A DNA stretch of 64,000 nt, from assembly GCA_030704615.1 (NCBI GenBank), contig CM060731.1, positions 55,490,001 to 55,554,000 on the forward strand, in the 5' to 3' direction. Made by a program: the position numbers and the translations under genes. Below, in pieces: positions 1-11,000 of this stretch. Numbering within the stretch: the first letter of the stretch is position 1; each line of letters opens with the position of its first letter. The notes beneath the pieces are model-generated. The model was not told where the DNA came from. It was given only the letters and a program-made list of their open reading frames with translations, and searched no databases. This DNA comes from Takakia lepidozioides (taxonomy: Eukaryota; Plantae; Bryophyta).

Positions 1-31
1 GATATCCTCTAGAAATCCCTTCACACAAGCA

Positions 32-660
32 TCAATCTGCTGTGTGTGGCCTCAGCAGGGCCTGGGCTTTCGGCTCAGCCTCGAGACTTTCAAAGTTGGT
101 AAACAGGGGTACAGGCACAATTCCCTTGATAGATTTGAAGAGAGCGTCTCTTTGGTGAGAGAACCCTGGACAGTGTATCAAAAAATGAATACTGTCTTCA
201 GATAGCCCACACAACGGGCAATTGCACTCTCTCTTTCCTCTCTGCTTCTGTTTGCTGTTCAAAGGTAGGCTTCCTGCCCTGAGTTTAAATTTCAGTCTAG
301 TGCCGAGAGTGGGTAGACCCTTGAGGTCATCCAAGATGGTCCTCCCCCATGTCACTGACTGGAAACAGGTTCAGGGAAGTTTTCTCTGCCTAACTTCATT
401 TTCATCAGACAATCTCATGGCAAAAGACGGCTTTGGCTTTGGACACTACAGCCTCTAAGTCAGATTTATCCAGCAGGGTCAGACTTGCGGCTCCAGGTCC
501 ACGTCCTTGAGAATCTTCTTCTACTCTCTCTGCCAGGACTTAGCCTGTTTGACAGGGCGGTCCTGTTTTCCAGATATAGAGTCGATTACTTAGGATATCT
601 GGTGTTGGGCATATGTTGCAGCTGACCCCACCATCTGACCTTGAATTCATCTCGTCGGAG
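32..660 (-). mobile_element. Non-LTR (LINE) retrotransposon 3' fragment, ORF2 C-terminus with zinc knuckle
   Basis: ORF 32..355(-) contains RLKFKLRAGSLPLN...CPLCGLSEDSIHFLIHCP, the Cx2C-x7-H-x4-C knuckle typical of LINE ORF2 C-termini; upstream part is frameshifted. Confidence 0.8.
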
Positions 661-1789
661 CTTAAGGACGGAATGCCAAAGATTCAAGATAGAACAACAA
701 TAGAACAATAGTGGAAAGAAAAGGGACAATTCTTCATGATTAGTTTGTTTCTTAGCTATGACTAGTGTTAGGTTAGTGACACTCGGTTAACGATCTCCCT
801 TTGAAGGTGGGTTACTTTATTTTCATACTTGCCCTCTAGACACCCGATGACAATGCAAATCAATATGGGATTTGTTTAATCAAGAGGAGTTCTGCTGCTT
901 GGGAGCGATTCCTTGGACCCAGGAGACTATACCTTTAAGCAGGTTGATGCTCCTTCAACAACAGACACAAGTAAAGGCAGTGGTAAACCCTTCTCCCTGT
1001 CATCGGGGTTTTGTCATCGGGATAATTTAGGTTTTCCTGTGGCGGTCTGAGTTTCTTAGGGCTCTGCGGCCTGAGTTTGCTGATAGTGAGGTTTAAGTAC
1101 TTAGGGTTTGTTGTCACCAGATCGTTTCAAGGTTATTGAAAGCTTTGCAACTTTGTGAGGCAGCAGAAGCTCCACTTGCTTCACTCCATAAATTTTTGCA
1201 AGGCTTTCGTAGCAAGGGTTGTAGGGTATGTCTTCTTGTACTTACTGGAGCTGTTTGTCCCGTAGGTTATGTTACTCCCGCAGGGTCCCCTAAATCCCCA
1301 ACGTCCCGTTTGGTGTAATTCAGAGGTTGTGTAGATTCTTGGCACTAGTTGCTGATGCTGGGATCTTTTCTTGATTCTTTTCATAACTAGGGTTGTTTGA
1401 TGCGTGGCTGCAAATATGAGTAGTATCGTTCAAACCCCTCATTTCTCGTGAGTGCCTAGGGTTGTCTTTATTTGTTGCATCGAGTATTTGTGGAGTTCTT
1501 GATACTTAGGTTTTGTTTCTGGAGTTTGTCTGGACAATGATTAGCTAGAGTAACGAGTTGCCTTGGTGATTTGAGATTCTTAGGTCCTGTGGCCTGAGTT
1601 GCTGATAGTGAGGGGTTCGTTTGTCACCCACCGATCATGGTAACTTCTGCCTTGATATTCTGGTAGTTGACTGTCATTTTGGTCGTTCACTTGTGAGTGC
1701 TTGCCGTCCTTGCATCCACTTCTATTGTTATTCTGAGTCATTTTGTTGCTGTTGTTTGTGATACATCTCAAGCAGGTTATCGCAAAGAT

Positions 1790-3218
1790 CGTTCCGAAGC
1801 TTGGATCAGGTACATGCTGCTCCCACAGCTACCTGAGCTCCCCAAAATAAGGCCGGTCTTGAAAAGGTATTGTTCCCTGAGCAGCATCGGAAGCTTCCTG
1901 TAACGCCGCAGACCTATGAGTCTGTATCAGCAACAATGCCCGAGTTGGCGGCGAATGTTTTAATCGAGACAGATGGTTTCAAGACTTCCTTGTTTAGTGG
2001 AGCCTTCCTATCGCGCCAACTTGAGGAGATAGTCAACCGAGATACAAACATCGTTCCTCGTTGCATGCGGCGGCTTGCAAGAGTTCTTTGGCTTTTTCAA
2101 GCAATATGTGGCCGGTTTTAAGGTCACGTTTTCGTTCATTCTACTGAAAGGGCGCGGTACAGTTTCACCATCATTCACCCAAACTACTGCACACCGGACA
2201 AGGCCTGATACGATTGGCATAGCCTTTGGATGCACCTTCCTAGTAGGTGAAGACAAGGTTTGCAACTTGCTTGCAGCTGAAATCGATCTTCGTTCTAAGA
2301 TGAGGTCGCTTAAAATCGATGTTTTATGGGGAATTGAAATTTATTCTAGGCTACATAGCAGCAGGCACTGAATTCAGTGGGTGGTACATCGGCAGGGAGA
2401 GTTCCGAAGGAGTTGTATCCAGTGGGTCGACGTCTTAACCTATCAGATATTTCTGATCGCTGCCATTTTTTACTCAGCGTAGGCTATGCTTCCAGCTAAT
2501 GAAGAAAATGTGCATGACTCTGTTCCGGTAGTCCCAGGTCGCCGTGCCATGTTTTCTTTGGAAAAGTCACCGGATGGAAGGAGGAGTATTTACTTTTATG
2601 ATGACAAAGTGGCGAAGCACATTAGAGACTTTTCTAGTTATAGTGCTGACCAGGGGACGGATATTACCATGATAAAGAGGGCTTATGTTGCTGCGAGAAC
2701 ATGTAAGTTTCTGCCGCAGATGGTGGCATTGCCTTTCGAAACTGCTCATGGATCCTACAGAGTTGAGTTTGGTCCTCTTGGATACCAATGCAGATTGGAG
2801 TCTGAAGAGGAATGCAGGTGGATGGCTCAGTGTGTCTGCCAAGCCTTATGTATCCTCCACAGTGCGGGCCTGGGTGCACAGGGATATCCGACTCCCAAAT
2901 ATTGTGCGCCTTTCAGATACAGATTTCATGCTCATCGACCTCGAATCTGTAGCAGATTTTCCTTTCAATTGTTTTGATGGATTTCAGCCTTTCTCAGCCT
3001 GGTGTCCGGAGATGTATGAGGGCAACCAGTTAAACGCCCTTTTCAGACATTATAGTGTTTGCAAACTCCTGGATGAGTATATCCCCGTTGCAAGGACAGC
3101 ACATGCTGAAGACTTTATAAGGAAGCTCACTGACAAACAACTCAGTTTCATCACAGGCATTACAACATCCTTGGCTATCAGAGTGTGGGTTTATCCTCAT
3201 TCATCTCTCATTTTGTGA
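1790..3218 (+). pseudogene. Crinkler (CR)-like protein: PD-(D/E)xK nuclease domain followed by kinase-like domain, frameshifted
   Basis: RPDTIGIAFGCTFLVGEDK (PD...ExK) in ORF 2075..2371; ALCILHSAG / WVHRDIRLPNIV and MLIDLE kinase catalytic and Mg-binding loops across ORFs 2486..2977 and 2685..3218. Confidence 0.7.
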
Positions 3219-3416
3219 CCTTGATGTTTGCTGATGTTTGTGCAGGTGGGTAAAACCTTTGTCCTTAGTTTGACTACATGTTTGAGGCTCTGCTCTAAAT
3301 CTGGCAATTGGATTCTCTTTAACCTATATTCTCTGATTGACCTTTTGTCCAACTGTTTTATATGGCACCTCCAGTTTTTCACATAATTCTAGATGAATCT
3401 AATCAAACAGACTAAA

Positions 3417-3916
3417 NNNNNNNNNNNNNNNNNNNNNNNNNNNNNNNNNNNNNNNNNNNNNNNNNNNNNNNNNNNNNNNNNNNNNNNNNNNNNNNNNNNN
3501 NNNNNNNNNNNNNNNNNNNNNNNNNNNNNNNNNNNNNNNNNNNNNNNNNNNNNNNNNNNNNNNNNNNNNNNNNNNNNNNNNNNNNNNNNNNNNNNNNNNN
3601 NNNNNNNNNNNNNNNNNNNNNNNNNNNNNNNNNNNNNNNNNNNNNNNNNNNNNNNNNNNNNNNNNNNNNNNNNNNNNNNNNNNNNNNNNNNNNNNNNNNN
3701 NNNNNNNNNNNNNNNNNNNNNNNNNNNNNNNNNNNNNNNNNNNNNNNNNNNNNNNNNNNNNNNNNNNNNNNNNNNNNNNNNNNNNNNNNNNNNNNNNNNN
3801 NNNNNNNNNNNNNNNNNNNNNNNNNNNNNNNNNNNNNNNNNNNNNNNNNNNNNNNNNNNNNNNNNNNNNNNNNNNNNNNNNNNNNNNNNNNNNNNNNNNN
3901 NNNNNNNNNNNNNNNN
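3417..3916. other. Assembly gap (500 N)
   Basis: Run of N; adjacency across it is not established. Confidence 1.
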
Positions 3917-4150
3917 GAGGGTGGACGAACGACGGGCATGGAAACCAACCTACACAGGGGAATCTTCAACCTCCACCCGGGGCAAGCATACTTTGCACAA
4001 CAAACTGAGAGTTTACCTTCTGACCACCCAACATCTCAGCAGCTTTGCTTTCATAGAATTCATCGTCCACATCAACAATGATCTCCTTCCCTGCCCCGAA
4101 GGGATCTCATCCGCCACACTTTGCATCTTCTCTTGCAGAGTTCATTCAAA
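3917..4150 (-). CDS. N-terminal fragment of a third ParB-MTase family gene (element Z), running into the gap
   Basis: Translation LKIPLCRLVSMPVVRPP matches LDIPLCRMISMPVVRPP at the start of the ParB exon at 9227(+). Confidence 0.75.
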
Positions 4151-4240
4151 TTGATATAAGAGAGAGGCATGAAACGATGGTGTTTTGAGCATGGCAGACA
4201 GGCCCTATGTGGCCAATTTCTCATTAGAAAACAAGCAGTG

Positions 4241-5207
4241 TGGGGGCCGAAAATACTGTGCCTTGCCGCACATGTTTCAGCTTCCAAATATTGGTGTTTT
4301 GAAACATGATATTTGGCCCTATGTGGCAACATTTCCACAAAAAAAATAGGCAGAGAGGGGGCCAAAAAGGGGGCACAAACAGTGTGCATTGCCGCACACT
4401 CTTTGTGCTACCAACTATGGGTGTTTTGAGCATGCATACTGGCCCTGTTTGGCCCAATTTCACATAGAAAAACAAGCAGAGAGGGGGCTCAAACAGTGTG
4501 CATTTCCGCACACTGTTTGAGCTTCCAATAAGGGTTCGTTTCAACCTGCCATAGTGGCCCTAGTGCCCGATTTTCACAAAAAAAACAAGCAGACAAGGGG
4601 GCTCAAACAGTGTGCGTTGCCGCACACTGTTTGAGCTTGCAATAAGGGGCGATTTTAACATGGCATAGTGGCCATGAGTGGCCGATTTTGCAATAAAAGA
4701 AAAGTGAGTGAAGGGGGCTCAAACAGTGTGCGTTGCCGCACACTATTTGAGCTTCCATTTCGGGGTGGATTCACCCTGCCATACTGGCCCTAGGTGCACA
4801 ATTTTCATGTCAAAAAATAAGCAAATCAGGGGGCTCAAACAGTGTGCATTGATGCACACTGTTTGGGCTGCCAGGTAAGTGTGAATTGAACCTGACAGAG
4901 ATGACCTTTGTGGTCGATTCTAAAACAAAAAAAATAATGTCAAGTGTGGCTCAAACAGTGTGGCAATGCCACACACTGTTTGAGCTTCCAAAAAGGGGTA
5001 GAATGAACCTTAGAGAGAGGCGACTGTGTGCACGATTTTCACATTCAAGAATCAATTACAAGGGGGGCTCAAATAGTGTGCGGTGACGCACACTGTTTGA
5101 GCTGCCAGGTTAGTGTGGATTGAACCTCACAGAGTTACCCTGTCTGGACGATTTTATTATGAAAAAAACAATGAGAAGGGGGGCTCAAATAGTGTGCGTT
5201 GGCGCAC
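4241..5207. repeat. Array of ~9 units, ~116-bp period, each with the 36-bp palindrome GCTCAAACAGTGTGCG-NNNN-CGCACACTGTTTGAGC (Z-type)
   Basis: Palindrome starts at 4373, 4487, 4601, 4717, 4833, 4949, 5067 and 5183, with a degenerate copy near 4245; inter-palindrome DNA is related but much more diverged; last copy is broken at 5207. Confidence 0.95.
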
Positions 5208-7171
5208 GCCAGCCAATCTTCCAATGCTCTCATACTCTCAAGTGATGCAGCTCCAAAAGAGAACCACCAGGCACGAATTGTCTATAACAAAGTGTCCGCC
5301 TCCTTCATTGTTCTAGCATCTTTGTACTCTTTGCACAATTTACGGTGCTGAGTCTGCATCTCTGGTTTGATGTCCGACTTTGTATGTTTTTCCAGAGATT
5401 GTGTCCAATGGAATAGACATGTACGCTCTCTTCCTGGCATAGGCACTTTTGGGTCACCCGATCCGAAGACAATACGAACAGCATTGAAATTTGCTTGAGC
5501 ACTATCCGCCATGAAACCTGCGAAATTTGGAGATGGCAGCCCATGGCAGCCCATGACACGTATCAGGGAATTCCACATGAGCTTCTGGGATTCCGTATCC
5601 TCGGATTGCATGTCACAAACTGCAATTGTCATAACTCGTTGGTACACTGGATCGTAGACATTACAAGCCATTGTCGTCCAATCCTTCACTCGTTTCACAT
5701 GATCAAACATAAGAAAACAGTTCTGCAAGTCCCCAGTCTTCTGCATCCGCTTCACGAGGCTAACCCCACTGCTCTCCCCAACAGTCGACATTTTGAAAAA
5801 GAAAAACTTTGATGGCACCTTGACCTGGGAATACATTGTCCTGGATGTAATCGTACTTGCTCACTCGTTTCAATTCCAAAATATTGTCTATGTAGCCTCT
5901 GATCCAGAGCCCATTCTCAATGCATTGATCTGATGCCGAATGTTAGGTGAACTTAAAGTGGAGAAATGATCCATGACCAGGTCCAATGCTGCACCGTCAA
6001 GTTTAGTCCCCACAGAATCCCCTTCACTCAAAATATGGCTTTCCAAGAAGGACTTGCTTGCGCCAAGAGCAATTGCAGATGTTGTTGCGGATGGGTTTCT
6101 CCCAAACTCCTGTTTGATCAACCTCGATACTGTCTCAACACTCTCCTGTAATCCCCCTTCGAGACAGGATGGTTATGGAATCCGAAATGCACACAAGCTC
6201 TTGTCATTGTTTTCAAACGGTGGACAACATAGTACATTCTTGCTCCGCAGAGCGCCAACCAGGATGGCACAAGTTTGCAGAATTTGCAGACGAAAGTGTT
6301 TGCCGGTGGAGGGGCAGTCCCAGGCTGAAATGGATTTTCCGCCAGACCCTCCCATTCGCTTTGATTATGAACCCCAGACTGAAGAAAGTGTCTGCAATTC
6401 AAATTATCACACCTAAGGTCCATTGCAAATTGTCCTCCTGAAAACAAGCTTGTCATCATTCTGAATATTGGATGTTTTTGTTCTGCACCACGGGTGCCCG
6501 TCGTGTTTCTTGTCCATTCCATGCATCATGATTGTTACACCTCCAACTCGCGGAGGAGGAGGCAGCTCGAATAGGATATCGCCATCAAAAGTCTCCGGCA
6601 AGAACTTCACAGGCACCTGCTTCAAAGATTCCCAATCAATTCCCCGCAACTCACTTTTGAATCCAGCCATTCTTCCCATCGCCCGCAATTTTGGAATGAC
6701 ACTACAAATCTCTTCTTCATCAGCTTCTCCAACCACAGTAGGAAGGACTGGATTTGGAATTTCACTTATGTCATCATCGGAAGAATCCAAAAGCTCAACG
6801 ATTGGAGTGGAGGACGTCTGTTCTTTTTTCACCACCACCTCCCTCTTGTCTTCAACGACCGAAGCAGCAGTCCCGGGCGTCACATATGACCCAAGGGACT
6901 TTCGCCGAGGCTCTCCAAGTACTCTGTATCGACCAGGATGCACTCTCCACTGGCTGATATGAGCCGTCTCATCACGGTTTTGGAAAGAGTATTTCAACAA
7001 CTTCCCTTTAAGATCGTACACCTCTTTCTCCAAAAAGATGGAGCCATTCTGCAGCTGAAAACGGGTAGCCAAGACATGTTCCAGAACAATTGCAAATCCA
7101 TTGTCAAGGACTTCCTGGGAGAACGGCACTGGTTTGTCGTCAGAGAAGAACTCCGCTTCAAAGGAAGCCAT
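5208..7171 (-). pseudogene. MULE-type DDE transposase with N-terminal GCM/WRKY-like zinc DNA-binding domain, 3'-truncated and frameshifted
   Basis: MDKKHDGHPWCRTKTSN..FRRTIC.G.LRCDNLNC...CKFC...C...RACVHFGFHNHP (GCM-like); LMFDHVK (first D), FMADSAQA (second D), CLFHW (CxxH of Mutator-type transposases); truncated before the catalytic E and SWIM. Confidence 0.8.
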
Positions 7172-8034
7172 CTTCCTTCCTCGCGTACGTATTTGTACCT
7201 TGCTATCGCAGATCTAGTGTAAATCGGTTTACTGATGTCTCCAGAACACAGTTGAAGAATGAGCAGAGAATATGGCGGAGGAAGCTCAGACAACGACTGT
7301 GCATATTATGTTATTCTTTCCAGATATGCAGCCGTCCATTTTAATTACTTTTCTTGTGGGCCCAGTGGTCAGAGTATCCCTAGGAGCAGTGTCGGCAGAT
7401 GTTAAACCGTTAACCAGAACCTCATCAATAAACCCAATAACAAAGCCGACTTCCTGGAAGCATGCCACAGGATCTGAGAATGGGATTGCAGATTAAGTAA
7501 ATGTATCTTTATACTACTACCAATGATCATGCGCACCTGGAAAGTTCCAAATGTGAAACGAATGTGGGGTTGGCTAACAAGGATGACCGTGTATGATATT
7601 CCAAGATTTGTCATCAAACTCTCGTTCATTTACATTTATTTGTGTAAGACTGTGCGCCAAGATTTCTGGGATTCGCTGTTATTTTTAAATATTGAAACCG
7701 TTCTAATAAAGAACACGCCGTTTTTTTTGGGCGACACACGTCAGACATCCATAACTGAATACGAACAGCTGTACACCAATTGCTGGCATGTGCACTAATA
7801 AGGGAACGACTATGTGTAACGGTCACGCGAGAGGGAATCCGATGCTTCTAGAGACACGCAAGAACGCAGGCAATCCCGCAAGAAATCGGGAGTCACTGCG
7901 TTTTTCTACTTTTCGCGACTTGGGAGGAGAGTGGTAGTCCAAGTGAGAGGGTTTCCTTCTACAAACAATAATACAAAAGAAAAGAAAGTCTCTTATTTAC
8001 TCTCCCTAGAGAGAGACGCAGAGCAAGAGAGCAA

Positions 8035-11000
8035 ATGACGAGGCGTTCGTTGTTGGAGAAAAACACAGGGCCAAGGCAAAGCAGGTGACGCGGAGACTGA
8101 TTCAGAGAGCATACGGAGACTTAGGCAGCGGCTGTGACACAGTCGGCGATAAGAGTGCGCCACCTGTGGAGGAAGAGAATGATTCGATGCACCTGAGGAG
8201 GTGGAAGCACGAGGAACCGCCGAACCGGGAGAAGGTCCAAACCCTGAGCACCAGACATAATTCCATCAATGTGAGAGGGAAGAAAGCTTCCGAATGGGAT
8301 CAAATTCAAAACCTAAAGAAGGCGCCAGTAAGTTTTTATCTAACTTACATTTCATTGTTGAAATATGCGTAGAGATTGAGTGAATGTCCCAACAGGGTTG
8401 TCGCGTACCGACATTCACAAGTTGATTTGATTTCTACTCCTTTGCGAAGGGTTTATCGCACAATGAGTGGTGACTAGCATCGGTAGTTATTCACTGTTGT
8501 TTCAGATCATACAGTCTGTCTGATTGCCTTTCGAGGAGTCCTTCCTCTCCCTTCTTTAGCAGGAACTACTGAATTGCGAGCGTCGTTAACGCCATTCGGT
8601 TCTCCTCATGAGATTTCTGTACCTATGTGTTTGAAGAGAGAGTGAGGGTCGGCATAACCCATCAGTCATCGTTGTTCAGACCATACAGTCTGTCTGATGC
8701 CTTTCGAGCAGTCCTTTCCTCTTCCCATGCTGGCGACGGTAATGAACAGTGAGTCAATCTGAATAATTTGCACTTACTGTCCGACCTACACATACTGATG
8801 TCGTTGCCGCCAATCACTTGCACATAGATGTCATTACACAACACCGATCTCCGTCAGGTCGTTGGTCGTTAACCCTCGCTATCAAATCTCGCTCCTCTTG
8901 TTTTTGAATACGGCAGTATCAGTTTTGCTTGTGTAGATTGTGCTGATTTTTCACACCATTCATAGTGAGTTTCTTTGAGACAGAGTGATGGTCGTTACCG
9001 CCATTCACTATTTGCAATTACTCAGTCAGAACTGAATGGCATCGTGCAGAAAACTGTGAGAGGTCGAAGCCTACAGGATCAGAGGGGAAAGGATCTGGAG
9101 ATGGGGACGAGTCCGCAAAAAGCTCAGAGAATACAGATGAAGCAGATGAATCTGAAGTGCACTACCTTGACAAGGTGAAAGACTCATGTCATTCCAGAAG
9201 TAAACTCTCAGGAGGTTATAAGGGACATGCTTGTATCTGGAGGGCGTCTGGACATCCCTCTGTGCCGGATGATATCAATGCCTGTTGTGCGTCCACCTCT
9301 TTCCCATGACATAACAAAATTGGAGAGTGATTTTGTGCATGGATATAGACTTGGTGCACAAGTTTTTTATGTGTCACTGACGGATATAAATGGGAAAAGC
9401 ACATTAGTGTCTCCAGAGATCAGTGATAACTGGGATGAGTGCTGGAAAGATGCCAATGAGGAGTTCGAGCTGGGCCTCATGATGGGAAAGAACACCCAGC
9501 AATTCTGCAACCACATGTTCTACGTCTGGGACGGCAACCACCGATTGCTGGCATGGATGGATACATTCAGAAACACCATGCGAAAGACAAAGACAAGCAT
9601 GTTGCGGTGGAGGCAATGGTTTTGGATCCTGGAAACGACATCGCTAGGCTTCTTACAGCTATGCACGACGTGAACAAGTAAGTCATCCAGGAGATTTCAT
9701 TCCCTCTGTAGTGTCTTATTAATCCTCAAAAAACAGTGTTAAGGAATGCAATGTTTCCAATGTTTTGCAGATCGACAGAAAATCGCATGTGACAACAAGC
9801 TTGGTTCACACACTATTCCGAATTCAGAGGATTGGTCTGATGAAGCTGGAATGATTTTCGGACAGTACTACCACCCAATCATCAAGAAGTGCGAAACAGG
9901 AAGAGCTGCAGGCACTTGGTATTCTTTGACACGAGAGGCGTTTCTGGAGTACATGTATGCGGTAAGCCCGAGTCTGTACTCTGTTTACTTTTCGAATACA
10001 TGTTTGTAGTCCCTTCGAGCTAATCACTACTTGAATCAATGCAGCAAGAACTGGCAGAGGCAGCTGAGAAGGGAAATCCGAATATTACCACTACAACACC
10101 AGAAGAACTAAGGACATCAAAGGGTGTGGAAGCTGCAATAAAGAAGGAGTTTGAAATGCGAAGAACCAAATTGATGTCCGCCTTCGGAAAGCAGCTTAGA
10201 ATAGTAGATCCTGGACTTGGTCCTGAGTTCCTTCAGCAGATCAAAACACACTATGACAAGCATGTGCATCCGGAGATGCAGCAAGAGAAATTGCAACGGC
10301 TGGCCATATCGATGGTCGACCCACAAACAAAAATAAGGTGGCTGGAGATATGGAACTCAGATCAACAGTAAAGGACTTGAATCAGTTCCCAAAGAGCACC
10401 ATACAGCCTGGCACAAAGGTGGAAGGAATCAGTGATTTGGTGTTTGATAACTGGCTCCACAAGGCTACATTTTGGAGTCAGGTGTGTATTCAAACATGTT
10501 GTTTTCTTCTCTTCAAGTATGTGATGAGTATCTTATTTGCAATTCTGACAAATATACTATTTGCAGCTCGAAAAGCGCGCCGTCATTGTGCTGGATCAGA
10601 CTTTGAAGGACCTGAACATTTCGATTGTTTCCCCTCCCCAAATGTCATTGGAGGCATACATAAGGAAGTGGAGAGGTCTCACCTGGAGATACTGTTTTTT
10701 TGGGAGTTCTCCAAGATGGTAACATTTTACGGTCCAACGACTTTGACAGTCAGGTTGGAGGAGTGGGCCATGATGCGAGTTGTGTACAGGTGCAATGTCA
10801 TACTTGAAACTCTACTGTTTTTTTTGGGAAAAAATGTGGCTTCATAAGGATTGCAATCATAGATCCAGATTGAATGTCGTTGACGACATTCACTTCTTTG
10901 TCTGAGTCATTCTTAAGCGAGTATATGAATTCACCTGGTTAGGATCTAAGGGTGTAATTATAGTGTCCCTGATTAGAATTGATAATGTCCTTGAATGGCG

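Noticed and set aside
3393-4154. Long ORFs spanning the gap
   Set aside because: Artefacts of the N run; only the minus-strand piece right of the gap has homology support
7286-7468. Conserved upstream ORF shared with 33060-33200 of element B
   Set aside because: Only a weak few-residue resemblance by eye; not supportable without alignment statistics
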